A stretch of 64,000 nt of DNA from Octopus sinensis (Eukaryota). The translations under genes and the position numbers were made by a program. The notes beneath the pieces were generated by a model, which saw only the letters and a list, made by a program, of their open reading frames with translations, made no database searches and was not told where the DNA came from. Position 1 is the first letter of the stretch; every line of letters starts with the position of its first letter. Below are positions 54,119 to 64,000 of the stretch, in pieces. The stretch covers positions 58,466,001 through 58,530,000 of the forward strand of contig NC_043001.1 in assembly GCF_006345805.1 (NCBI RefSeq), given 5' to 3'.

Positions 54119-54649
54119 ATGTTTGACTTTTGCTTTATATTTGTACAAGTTGGCTCCAACTCGCACCCAGAGACCTCAAGAGACAACGGGTTGGAAGTTC
54201 ACGTTGTTGTTATGCCTAGTGTGCCATATATTTGTTTTTGCATTTAGTGTTGTACCAGTGAATGTCAAAAAAAAACATACGAAAATTATGTTTGTTTTAA
54301 AACTTGAGATTACATAGAGAATATTTTGCCTAGGATATGAGCAGTTCCCATGAGCACTATCTTTTGAATTTCTGCCATTTTCGGGTTTCCTGGTATCAGA
54401 GTTATGTAGCAATCAGCCCTTTTTGCCATCATTCCCAGGGCACCTATGACAACAGGTATTGTTTTAGTCTTCAGGTTCCACATTTTGCTGATTTCTATTT
54501 CAAGATCTTTATATTTGCTCAGTTTTTCGTAGGTCTTGACAGATACGTTTATATCGATTGGGACAGTCATATCAATGAGGAGGCATGTTCTTTGTCTGAG
54601 TCTTTCAATATGATGTATGTCCTATTTGCATCTATCTTTCTGTCAGTTT
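54119..54649 (-). mobile_element. R4/Dong-like 3-prime end (family B)
   Basis: MTVPIDINVSVKTYEKLSKYKDLEIEISKMWNLKTKTIPVVIGALG...GTAHILGKIFSM. Confidence 0.88.
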
Positions 54650-54657
54650 ATTATTAC

Positions 54658-54708
<51 letters not shown>

Positions 54709-54767
54709 CATTATTATTATCATTATTATTATTAGTAGTAGTAGTAGTAGTAGTTGTAGTAGTAGTT

Positions 54768-54803
<36 letters not shown>

Positions 54804-54806
54804 ACT

Positions 54807-54872
<66 letters not shown>

Positions 54873-54877
54873 TCATC

Positions 54878-55370
54878 GAGTTAGAGAGAGAGAGCAGTGC
54901 ATGCCATCAAGTGACACTGGGGTAAAATATACGAAGACCAGTATACCCATCATGACTACCTGTCTGATAAGGGTACACCAGGCATATGCATCACAATCAT
55001 ATGTGAGCAACATTATCTCATAGTAAGATAAACTGCGCATAACCTAGCAGGTGGAGCCCAGTTAAATTCTTTTTCAGGTAGAGTAGCACATCCTTCTCAA
55101 AATGTCCCTGAATAAGGGTTGTTTAAAATTGTTGAAGGAAACATTCATATTTCCAAAGGTGAGGTATCCAAAGCCCAAAGTATTTCTCACAACCCATGTC
55201 TATGATGCTCTCCCGCTACTTCTACTCTTGATCAGTGATGCACATATCGTCAGCCACTAAGGGACATGCTCAAATGGTTAAAGTAAAACAACTGACAAGC
55301 TATTCTGTGGCATTGAGCAGAATATTTGCTGTAGCCCATGACAGCCATTGCCTGGTACAGCCTCAGGACA
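54878..55370 (-). mobile_element. ~550-bp AAT-associated element with an internal deletion
   Basis: Both termini present; about 75 bp lost between gcccat and agccat. Confidence 0.8.
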
Positions 55371-55390
55371 TTCATTATTATTATTATTCT

Positions 55391-56955
55391 ATGTTTGACT
55401 TTTGCTTTATGTCTGTACAAGTTGGCTCCAAATCTCACCCAGAGACCTCAAGAGACAACAGGTTGGAAGTTCATGTTGTTGTTATGCCTAGTGTGCCATA
55501 TATTTAGGGTTTTTTTGGTGTTGTACTAGTGAATGTCTAATACATAAATTTTTAAAAAAAGAAAAAAAAAAGTTTGTTTTAAACCTTGGGATTACATAGA
55601 GAGTATTTTGAGTAGGATATGAGCAGTTCCCATGAGCACTATCTTTTGAATTTCTGCCATTTTCGAGTTTCCTGGTACCTGAGTTAGGTAGCAATCAGTC
55701 CTTTTTGCTATCATTCCCAGGGCACCTATGACAACAGGTATTGTTTTAGTCTTCAGGTTCCACATTTTGCTGATTTCTATTTCCAGATCTTTATATTTGC
55801 TCAGTTTTTGGTAGGTCTTGACAGATACGTTTATATCGATTGGGACAGTCATATCAATGAGGAGGCATGCTTTTTGTCTGAAGTCTTTTACTATGATGTC
55901 TAGCCTGTTCACATCTATCTTTCTGTCAGTTTGAACGGTGAAATTCCAGAGGAGTGAGATGTGGTCATTTTCAAGCACAGGAGGTGGATTGTGTTCTCAC
56001 CAGTTTTTTTTTATGGGGCAAATCCAGGTTTTTGCAAATTACCCAGTGAATATATTGTGCAGCTCTATCATGCTTGTTGAGGTACTCTGTACGCGCTAGA
56101 AGACTGCATTTGGAGACATGATCAATGGTTTCATTTTGTTGTCGGCATACACGACATGTTGGGCTACTGCCGTTCTTTAATATGTTGGCCTGGTAGTTTC
56201 TTGTTGGTAGGCATTGATCTTAAGCTGCTATGATAAACCCTTCTGTTTCAGATTTTAAGCCAGAGGCCATTAGCCATTGATGGGTCAGGGCATTGTCAAT
56301 ATCTGCATTATTTGCTCTCTTTGGGTATTTGCCATAGAGAGGTTTTTCTTGCCATTTATCATTCAGAATATCTAAGGCCGCAGTTTTGGTACGGGTTTTC
56401 ATGCGCCTAGCTTTTTCTGTGCTTGTTTCTTGTATGTCTACCTCTAATTCCGAAATTGGTTGTATTCGGAATTCACTTAGATATTCCTTTGCCTGTTTTG
56501 TTACTGAGTATGGTGCTTTCTTGTTTTCATGCTTTGAGACATTTTTTAAGATCCAGTCCTCAGACATTTTCAGGTAGGTGTCTAGGCCAATTGTAGCAAT
56601 CTTCATTGTTATTGCCAGTTGCCAAAAACCACGGCCTCCCTCTTTTCTTGGCAGAAAAAGTCGTTCTGTATCTGCCTTAGGGTGGTCCATTCTATGCATT
56701 GTCAACAGTTTTCGTATTTTTCTGTCGAGCTGACATATTTCAGTAATTGACCAGTTAACGATATTGAAACTGTAAGTCACGACTGGTATGGCTAATGCAT
56801 TGATCGCTTCGATCCTGTTTCTTGCATTCAGCTATGTCTTGAGTATTGCTCTCACTCTTCGATAGCATTCTCTCCTGATCCTTTCCTTCATCTCCGAATG
56901 CCTTATTCCGTTCCCTTCAATTACCCCTAGGTACTTGTAGCTCTCTGCTGGGTCT
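55391..56955 (-). mobile_element. R4/Dong-like 3-prime ~1.6 kb (family B)
   Basis: DPAESYKYLGV; RLFLPRKEGGRG; WLMASGLKSETEGFIIAA; CRVCRQQNETIDH; RLDIIVKD; RLE C-terminus. Confidence 0.9.
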
Positions 56956-57093
56956 ATTATTATTATTCTTATTACTATTATTATTATTATTATATTATTA
57001 TTATTATTATTATTATTATTGTTGTTGTTGTTATTATTATTATTATTATTATTAGTAGTAGTAGTAGTAGTATTAGTATTATTATTATTATTA

Positions 57094-57145
<52 letters not shown>

Positions 57146-57152
57146 CATTATT

Positions 57153-57700
57153 AAGTGAGAGAGCAGTGCATGCCATCGAAGTGATACTGGGGTCAAATAT
57201 ACGAAGCCCACTATACCCATCATGACTACCCGTCTGATAAGGGTACACTAGGCACATGCATCACAACTATACGTACGTGACATGGTGATCTCTTATCAAG
57301 ATAAACAACACATGACCTTGCAATTTGGGCCCAGTTAGAATTTTCTTCTGGTCGAGTAACCCATCCCGCTCAAAAGGTCCCTGAATAAGGGTTGTTTATG
57401 GATGTTGAACGAAACACCCATGTTTCCAGCGGTGAATTATTCAAAACCCTAAGAATCCCTCTCAACACATGGCTATGATGCTCCCCTACTATTTCTGATC
57501 GTGATCATAGATGCACATAACGTCAGTCACCAAGGGACATTGTCAACTGGTTACGGTCAAACAACTGACAAGCAAATGTTTGGTATTGAGCAGAATATTT
57601 GCCGTAGCCCATCTTTTATACCAACCAAAACAATGTACATGATAACACTTCCAATCAGTTAAGATAAGAATCCACAAGAGCCACTGCCCGAAACTGCCTC
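57153..57700 (-). mobile_element. ~550-bp AAT-associated element
   Basis: agtgagagagcagtgcatgccatc...gagccactgccc, with TTA-type flanks. Confidence 0.82.
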
Positions 57701-57839
57701 AATTCATTTATTATTATTATTTTATGATTATGATGGAAAGACTCTATTGTTTACATTCAACAGACTAAGATAACAATTGCTGACTGTTAATGCTTGAAGA
57801 ACCCTACGATGAATACTTGCACTTCCAAGCAGTGCTTAT

Positions 57840-57975
57840 ATTTGTGTAAGGAATAGAAAGAAAACAAGTCTTTTACGTTTCGAGCCTACGCTCTTCGACA
57901 GAAAGATACACAGAAAAGAAACAAGGAGAGAAACAAGGGGAGAAAAAATGCGTGTAGGAGCTAACGGTCTACCAT
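57840..57975 (-). mobile_element. (TA)n-flanked Penelope-like repeat, copy 3
   Basis: aacaagtcttttacgtttcgagcctacgctcttcgacagaaagatacacag, as at 5360-5412. Confidence 0.55.
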
Positions 57976-57977
57976 AT

Positions 57978-58054
<77 letters not shown>

Positions 58055-58128
58055 CATGTAAGCTATGTTATATGAACGATAATATTTTGAAAAGTAATTT
58101 GTTTAATATGTAATTTCATATATATATG

Positions 58129-58810
58129 AGCAATAATAAATCTCTGAACGAGGTATAGACAGTAACTGCATGACAATGTGAAGTATATTTGCCATCTAAA
58201 TATGACTAACCACTAAGGGTGGATGTTACTGTAGCTTGTAGCCACAGGAGAACATCTTCTCCAGTTGGCTATTGACACACTTTCTGTGCCCTGTCGGTAT
58301 TTGCAAAGGGAGGTCATCCTTCCCTCTCAACCTTTGCAAATACCAATATGGCACAGAAAGTGTGTCAATAGCCAGCTGGAGAAGATGTTCTCCAGGGGCT
58401 ACAAGCTACAGTAACATCTACCCTTAGTGGTTAGCCATATTTAGATAGCAAATATACTTCTCATTGTCGTGCAGTTATTGTCTATATCTCGTTCAGAGAT
58501 TTATTATTGCTTGTTTACACTTTTTCAAGATCAGTGACGAAAAGTCGCTGGAAAAAGTATATATTTATTTGCATTGGGACCCTTCCATCGAAAACCGGTG
58601 ATTGTCGTGCGCTGATGTCGGGTCAATACCCAGAAACTGCAGTCCGTGCGTATAACTTAGGTTGACGAGGGATGGGTGACCTCCCTTTGCAAGTACCGAC
58701 AGGGCACACAAAGTGTGTCAATAGCAGCTGGAGATGTTCTCCTGGGGCTACAAGCTACAGTAACATCCACTCTTAGTGGCTAGCCATATTTAGATGGCAA
58801 ATATACTTCA
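58129..58810 (+). mobile_element. Inverted-plus-tandem repeat (353-bp period) in (TA)n; retrozyme or Penelope pseudo-LTR-like
   Basis: 58129-58309 is inverted to 58331-58511; 58684-58810 directly repeats the sequence from 58331; hammerhead motif in the unique part. Confidence 0.75.
58606..58650 (+). ncRNA. Minimal type I hammerhead ribozyme motif (A9 substituted)
   Basis: CGUGCG-CUGAUGU-CGGGUCAAUACCCA-GAA-ACUGCAGUC-CGUGCG: 6-bp stem I with 2 G-U pairs, GGGU/ACCC stem II, palindromic stem III, GUC triplet at 58642-58644. Confidence 0.65.
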
Positions 58811-59016
58811 TATATATATATATATATTAATTTCTGCGTGAGTAAGGGTTGGGAAAACAACCAACCAACCAAGGGAGAGTACCTATCGTAGTGTGCCAAA
58901 TTATTCATACCCAAGTGCTGGTTATTGCTTGGCAATCTCGTAATTGAATGTTATATATGGGTGGGGGTAAAGAGTGGTTTACCCTTAATTTTTACGGCGT
59001 ATAAGAAAATGGAGAG

Positions 59017-59340
59017 GATACAAAAATGACACACATCAGCTGGTAGACATTCTAGTATGTCTGTTTATTCCAAAGTATTAGAAAAATACATACATATGTA
59101 ATAACTATGTGTTACACAAACATGTACAATATTAGAGAAAATAGCAAAAGATCAGATTGTAAGAAGGTACTAAGTTCCTTATGGCCATTTCTGCTAAGAG
59201 GCAACAAAATGATCCATGCCTCCATGGCATGGTGTGTCGCCATAGTTATTACATATGTATGTATTCTAATACTATCTAATACTTTGTAATAAATAGACAT
59301 ACTAGAATATCTACCAGCTGATGTATGTCATTTTTATATC
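59017..59340. repeat. Fold-back element: ~90-100-bp inverted arms, ~130-bp spacer
   Basis: aaaaatgacacacatcagctggtagacattctagtatgtc...catatgtaataactatg vs its reverse complement at 59242-59340; roughly 90%. Confidence 0.85.
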
Positions 59341-59634
59341 ATCACCATTTTCTTCTTTGCTATATATATATATATTCATTATTCATTTACTTATATATCT
59401 GTGTGAGAGTGTGCGTGTGTGTCAGTGCGAGTATAAGACTGATAAACTTAACACAATTCGCGATAGCTTACAGTTTTATTTTGATTAAATTACCAGCGTC
59501 TTTAGAATGATGTCCGCGTGCTTTAACGCCTCTGACAGTCACTCACTCACACTCCTTCTTTCTCTCCAACGTGATTGACAGACAACATTGCTTTTTGTTA
59601 TATGTAATGTGTGTGTGCGTATATATGTGTTTGC

Positions 59635-59920
59635 TCCTTCTTGAGCTATGCCTGGCTCACAAGGGCCGGTTTCCCTTAGCGTATAGGTTCCCCACCTGGA
59701 CGGGGCGCCGGTCCGTCGCCGGTGAGCTGCAAGATGCAGCAGAAAAGAGTGAGAGAAAGTTGTGGCGAAAGAGTCAGCAGAAGTCTGCCATTAGCTTCTG
59801 CCGGAGCTGCGTGGCGCTTAGGTGTTTCGCTCATAAACACAAACAACGCCCGGTCTCAGATTCGAACCCGCGATCCCTCGACCGCGAGTCCGCTGCTGTA
59901 ATCACTAGGCTTTGTGCCTC
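59635..59920 (-). mobile_element. tRNA-derived SINE (head as 37846 family, different tail)
   Basis: aacaacgcccggtctcagattcgaacccgcgatccctcgaccgcgagtccgctgc; B-box GGTTCGAATC on the minus strand. Confidence 0.8.
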
Positions 59921-59926
59921 CATACA

Positions 59927-59964
<38 letters not shown>

Positions 59965-60839
59965 TATAGACATATATATTTATTTATTTATTTATTTATT
60001 TAGATACTATGTGTACATGGGATTTGGAACATTCGTTACAGACAAAATTCCCAGTAAAATTCTAATGGCCGGAAATCAATTCCAGTAAAATTATGTTATC
60101 TGGTTATAGAATAGTTGAAAATTTTTACAGTTATGCAATTCTTTTGTATCGATATGTAAAGAACAGTTGTAATATTTATGTCAAATGATTTACAAATTGC
60201 TAACATACAAATCACAATTGATTATATATAATCTATATAAGTTGACGTTGGTTGAGGAAGTTATTTAGAGTAAAGTGAAAATATTAATATTCACTCCACA
60301 ACTTCGTTAATGACCTTGAGAAATATAACACGGAACGCAAAAAAAAAAAAAAGATATGAAAATAAGACCTGCTACTCTATTTATAAATCAATTATGTGTT
60401 TCCATTGAATTGTTCTGTGTGTGTATGGCTTTAAATATATTTAGTAATTGTTTGATACGTGGCGAGAAATTTAAATCTAGAACAATCTAGTCTGCAAAAA
60501 CGTGTTCTTTACTTACTACGATGATGACTCTCTATGACCAAGTTTCCTTATATTTTTTCGTGAGTTGTCACAATTAATATTAAAATTGCGAAGTAAATCT
60601 ACTCGATTATAATGCAACCATATATTTTGTAGCTGTTAATCCAAGTAGTAACTTCCATCACCTGTAAATAATTTAAAACATATCTTTTATGCTTTTGCGT
60701 TGTACAAAATACGTGAAAAACACGCAAACATTTACACAAATTGAATATATTTTTTGTATTTATTGTATATATATGAATATATATGCATTTTGAAAATACG
60801 CCTTACAATGAATTTGTCTTGTAATATACTTTCATGCAA

Positions 60840-60965
60840 GATGGCGAGCTGGCAAAAACGTTAGCACCTCGGGCGAAATGCTTAGTGCTATTCCGCTTAG
60901 TCAAATTCCGCTGAGGTCGTCTTTGCCTTTCATCCTTTCGGGATCGTTAAATTAAGTACTAGTTG
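60840..60965 (+). mobile_element. Partial tRNA-derived SINE
   Basis: ggcgagctggcaaaaacgttagcacctcgggcgaaatgcttag..., 11808 family. Confidence 0.75.
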
Positions 60966-61217
60966 CGCGCACACACACACACATGTATACACATATATAT
61001 ATATATACGTTTGTGTGCGTGTATGTACAATACAAACTGAGAGATTTGAGAAGTTAGAATTAAGGCTACATATTATTCCTCGCCAGCAGATCCTTTGACG
61101 AGGGGGAACTTAGCTTCTCATCAGGCCGAATATTTGAAATGAAATTACTTTCAAATTATATCCGGAATTCCTTAGAGATAATGTAACTTTCAAATAATTA
61201 AGGTATCTTAGGCCTTG

Positions 61218-61697
61218 AGTACGTATTACATCGGAGAATCTGCTAGCTAGGAAACAAATGTAGCCTGAATTTTACCGGTTCCATTCCATCAATCTGGATT
61301 TTTATTCGCTTTCATAGCAACTCAAGTTAATAACCATCACCTTATCGATATGGGAAAATCCTACAAAGTTCGACGACAATAAATTATTATTGTTCCTGAA
61401 TCTTGTATTTTTATACCTCCACGGACTACTCGAAGCGTACAAACTTCTTACACTTAGATCCTTTGAGTTCCTCTCGTTCAGTACTTATTACATCGGAGAA
61501 TCTGCCAGCTAGGAAACCAATCTAGCTTGAATTTTACCGCTTCCATTCCGTCAATTTGGATTTATATTAGCCTTTATAGCAACTCAAGTTACTAACCGTC
61601 AGCTTAAGCCTGCAAATTCTTATTGTTCCTGGACGTTGTTTATTTATACTGCCACGAACTGCTCGAAGCCACAAGCTTCCTACACTTAGATCATTGG
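61218..61697. repeat. Diverged tandem duplication, period ~262 bp
   Basis: gtacgtattacatcggagaatctgctagctaggaaac (61219) and gtacttattacatcggagaatctgccagctaggaaac (61481); second unit about 30 bp shorter. Confidence 0.85.
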
Positions 61698-61959
61698 ATC
61701 TTCACATACACACACATACACAATGTATGTATATGAATTATCATCAGATAATAGTGCAATGACCAACAATTCCTAACATTCTATAATTCTTGTGTTGCCT
61801 ACAATTGCGCATTACTCTCACATGTTGAATACTTTTATCTCCGCATACACCGGTACACAAGCCTTCCTGGAACGCATCCAGGAATTTTTCATCTAAGTGG
61901 TTGGCATAATGTAATTCACACATCAACTCAAGCTTCTGGACCATAGAATCACTATCTAA

Positions 61960-62010
<51 letters not shown>

Positions 62011-62509
62011 CTCCGTTTCTTTCCTCCTTTTTCTTTCTTTTTCTCTCTTTATTTCTTTATACATCCAAGAGGATTTCTCTTGCATTGATTACTGAGAAAT
62101 ATTATATGCATTAACCACACATGTTTATGCTGACCTGTAATGTGCGAGGTAAATTGCTCGTCTTCCGAGTGTAACGAATTAATAAAATTCTACACATTAA
62201 CAACAGAAAATGCTCAATTACATAAATTGGGTTTAATTCCTTTATTAGTTAAATAAGCCAAAATAATTATCTGTGCAATAAAAATGCAATTACTATCATG
62301 GTGATAAATATAATTCAGCATGGAGATAGGAGTAATGTTATTTAATAAATTAGTGCTTAGCATTAAAATCTATGCAAAATTTGCATAGATTTTCCAATAT
62401 TTGCGATTACAGGTATGACTTTCCAGCTGATAGCAATTAAGGAGTAACATTTCGAACAGAAACAACTATCTCTATTGTAATAACATCTTCCCAATAATAT
62501 ATATATATG

Positions 62510-62510
62510 T

Positions 62511-62559
<49 letters not shown>

Positions 62560-62590
62560 TGTGTGTGTGTGTGTCTGTGTGTGTGTGTAT
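62510..62590. repeat. (TG)n microsatellite
   Basis: Directly visible. Confidence 0.95.
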
Positions 62591-64000
62591 TGTGTCTTCT
62601 GCTTGATAACAGTGAACAGATTAATAGTATGAAAATTTCTCTAATTATAAATTACATAGCATTTTGAAGACAAGAAATAGAATAGTTTCTTCGTGGGAAT
62701 AAGGAATGAAAAGAAACGAATTGAATAACCGTATGATAATTCTATTCCACATACAATACAATGTTTATTGCTATTCCGAAAATGTTGCTATGGAAGAACA
62801 ATAAAGTGAAAGAAAAATCTCATGGTTTATAATTATTAATTATATGCATGTATCTCAACCCAAAGTTCGCCATTATTTCTTATAATTACACATGATAAAA
62901 GTTTCACACTTCTTTGAAAATTTCATTCGATTTCTGTTTCGAGTAGACGAATGCTGACAGCGTCTACTGTAGCATTATGAGAAATTCATGTGTTGCCTTT
63001 TGACACAGACAGCAAATCATCATTGAGTATAAATGCTAGTGGGGAGAAACAATCATTTGGCTTATACTACGACAGTCCTTCCATTGTCTTCTATGCATTT
63101 TCTCTTTGTTACCCGTTTTGTTTCTTTCTGAAATTTAGGAAATAACAGAGTAAAAGGAATGGATGAAGAGGAGTGAAAGATCCGAGAATATTTCAGTTGA
63201 AAGTCTAATAATTCATGTCTAAATGTACCAGAAAATAGAAAAGACTTCTTCAAAGTGTAGTATCGTCAGCGAGAATAGCAAATTTTGTAGCATATTCAAA
63301 GAAAGTGGAACCAGACATTGTTCACTTACGCTCTTCTAAATATAATTCCGGAATTATTTTGCCATATCAACCAAATTGTGCATAGACAGGCCATCAACAA
63401 TATAATATTGCGTATTTATGACACCCTTTTAACCGCCGCTCTTATATTTTCTAAATCTAGAATGTTCTGTCAGCTCACTTCCTATGTTAACAAACTATTT
63501 AGTAAATGTATTATGTCACCGTTGATTTGGTGTGTATGCCTACTACAAAGGTTAAATATCATATAATAACAATCTTTCATATTTAAACATTCATACTCCT
63601 TACTCTTCAATATATAAATAGTAGTTTATTATTAGCAGCTGCCATACTAGGTTTAAATCTATATTACTTTATTCAATTTATAGAAATGTTTTCATTATTT
63701 ATAATTTTACCATACAGCATATGACACAATATTTATTGTTTACGTAATTATACTTAGTTAATTGGTAAGATTATTTGGAATTTAAATCAAATGTTATGAA
63801 ATCCTACGGAAAGGAAGTAGACAATTTGATGAAGAATATCTGAAAATCTGTCTTGGCCTCCTCTACGTAAAATTTGCGCTGCCAGATATATTTAAAGGTA
63901 TTAATAAAATTTTGCTGCTTATATAACAAGGTAATAGTCAATAACAAGTGACCTATACATAAAGTCATTATGAATACCTCTACACGACAGTTTTGCATTA

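Noticed and set aside
61744-61960. ORF segment LDEKFLDAFQEGLCTGVCGDKSIQH and an overlapping plus-strand open frame
   Set aside because: No recognisable family, no convincing splice sites, and the N-terminus is a (GA)n repeat.
63786-63926. Open frame IKCYEILRKGSRQFDEEYLKICLGLLYVKFALPDIFK with a GT donor
   Set aside because: No usable acceptor or start codon after the upstream stop, and no recognised homology.

Overview
AT-rich eukaryotic genomic DNA that is almost entirely repeats. The SINE families and the (TA)n/(AAT)n/(CA)n load suggest a cephalopod, probably Octopus; this is an inference. I can support no intact protein-coding gene, and most ORFs in the supplied track are microsatellite or antisense artefacts. 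Supported content: (1) about 11 fragments of R4/Dong-type restriction-like-endonuclease (RLE) non-LTR retrotransposons, mostly set in (AAT)n tracts. (2) Nine copies of an ORF-less ~550-bp element that uses the same (AAT)n target in the same polarity. With the Dong fragments it builds arrays at 26.4-29.6 kb and 47.2-57.7 kb. (3) A 1283-bp mariner with a disabled transposase, nested in one of those copies. (4) A 3.5-kb L1/Tx1-like LINE, plus RTE, CR1-like, Penelope-like and Helitron remnants. (5) Many tRNA-derived SINEs. (6) A processed RPS23 pseudogene. (7) Four long fold-back structures. The most interesting object is a (TA)n-flanked, 353-bp-period tandem-plus-inverted repeat at 58.1-58.8 kb. 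It carries a near-canonical minimal type I hammerhead ribozyme fold and is a candidate retrozyme or Penelope pseudo-LTR. A CpG-poor, repeat-poor interval at ~10-16.5 kb may belong to a transcript I could not identify. All alignments and counts were done by eye, so boundaries are approximate unless a terminal motif is quoted.
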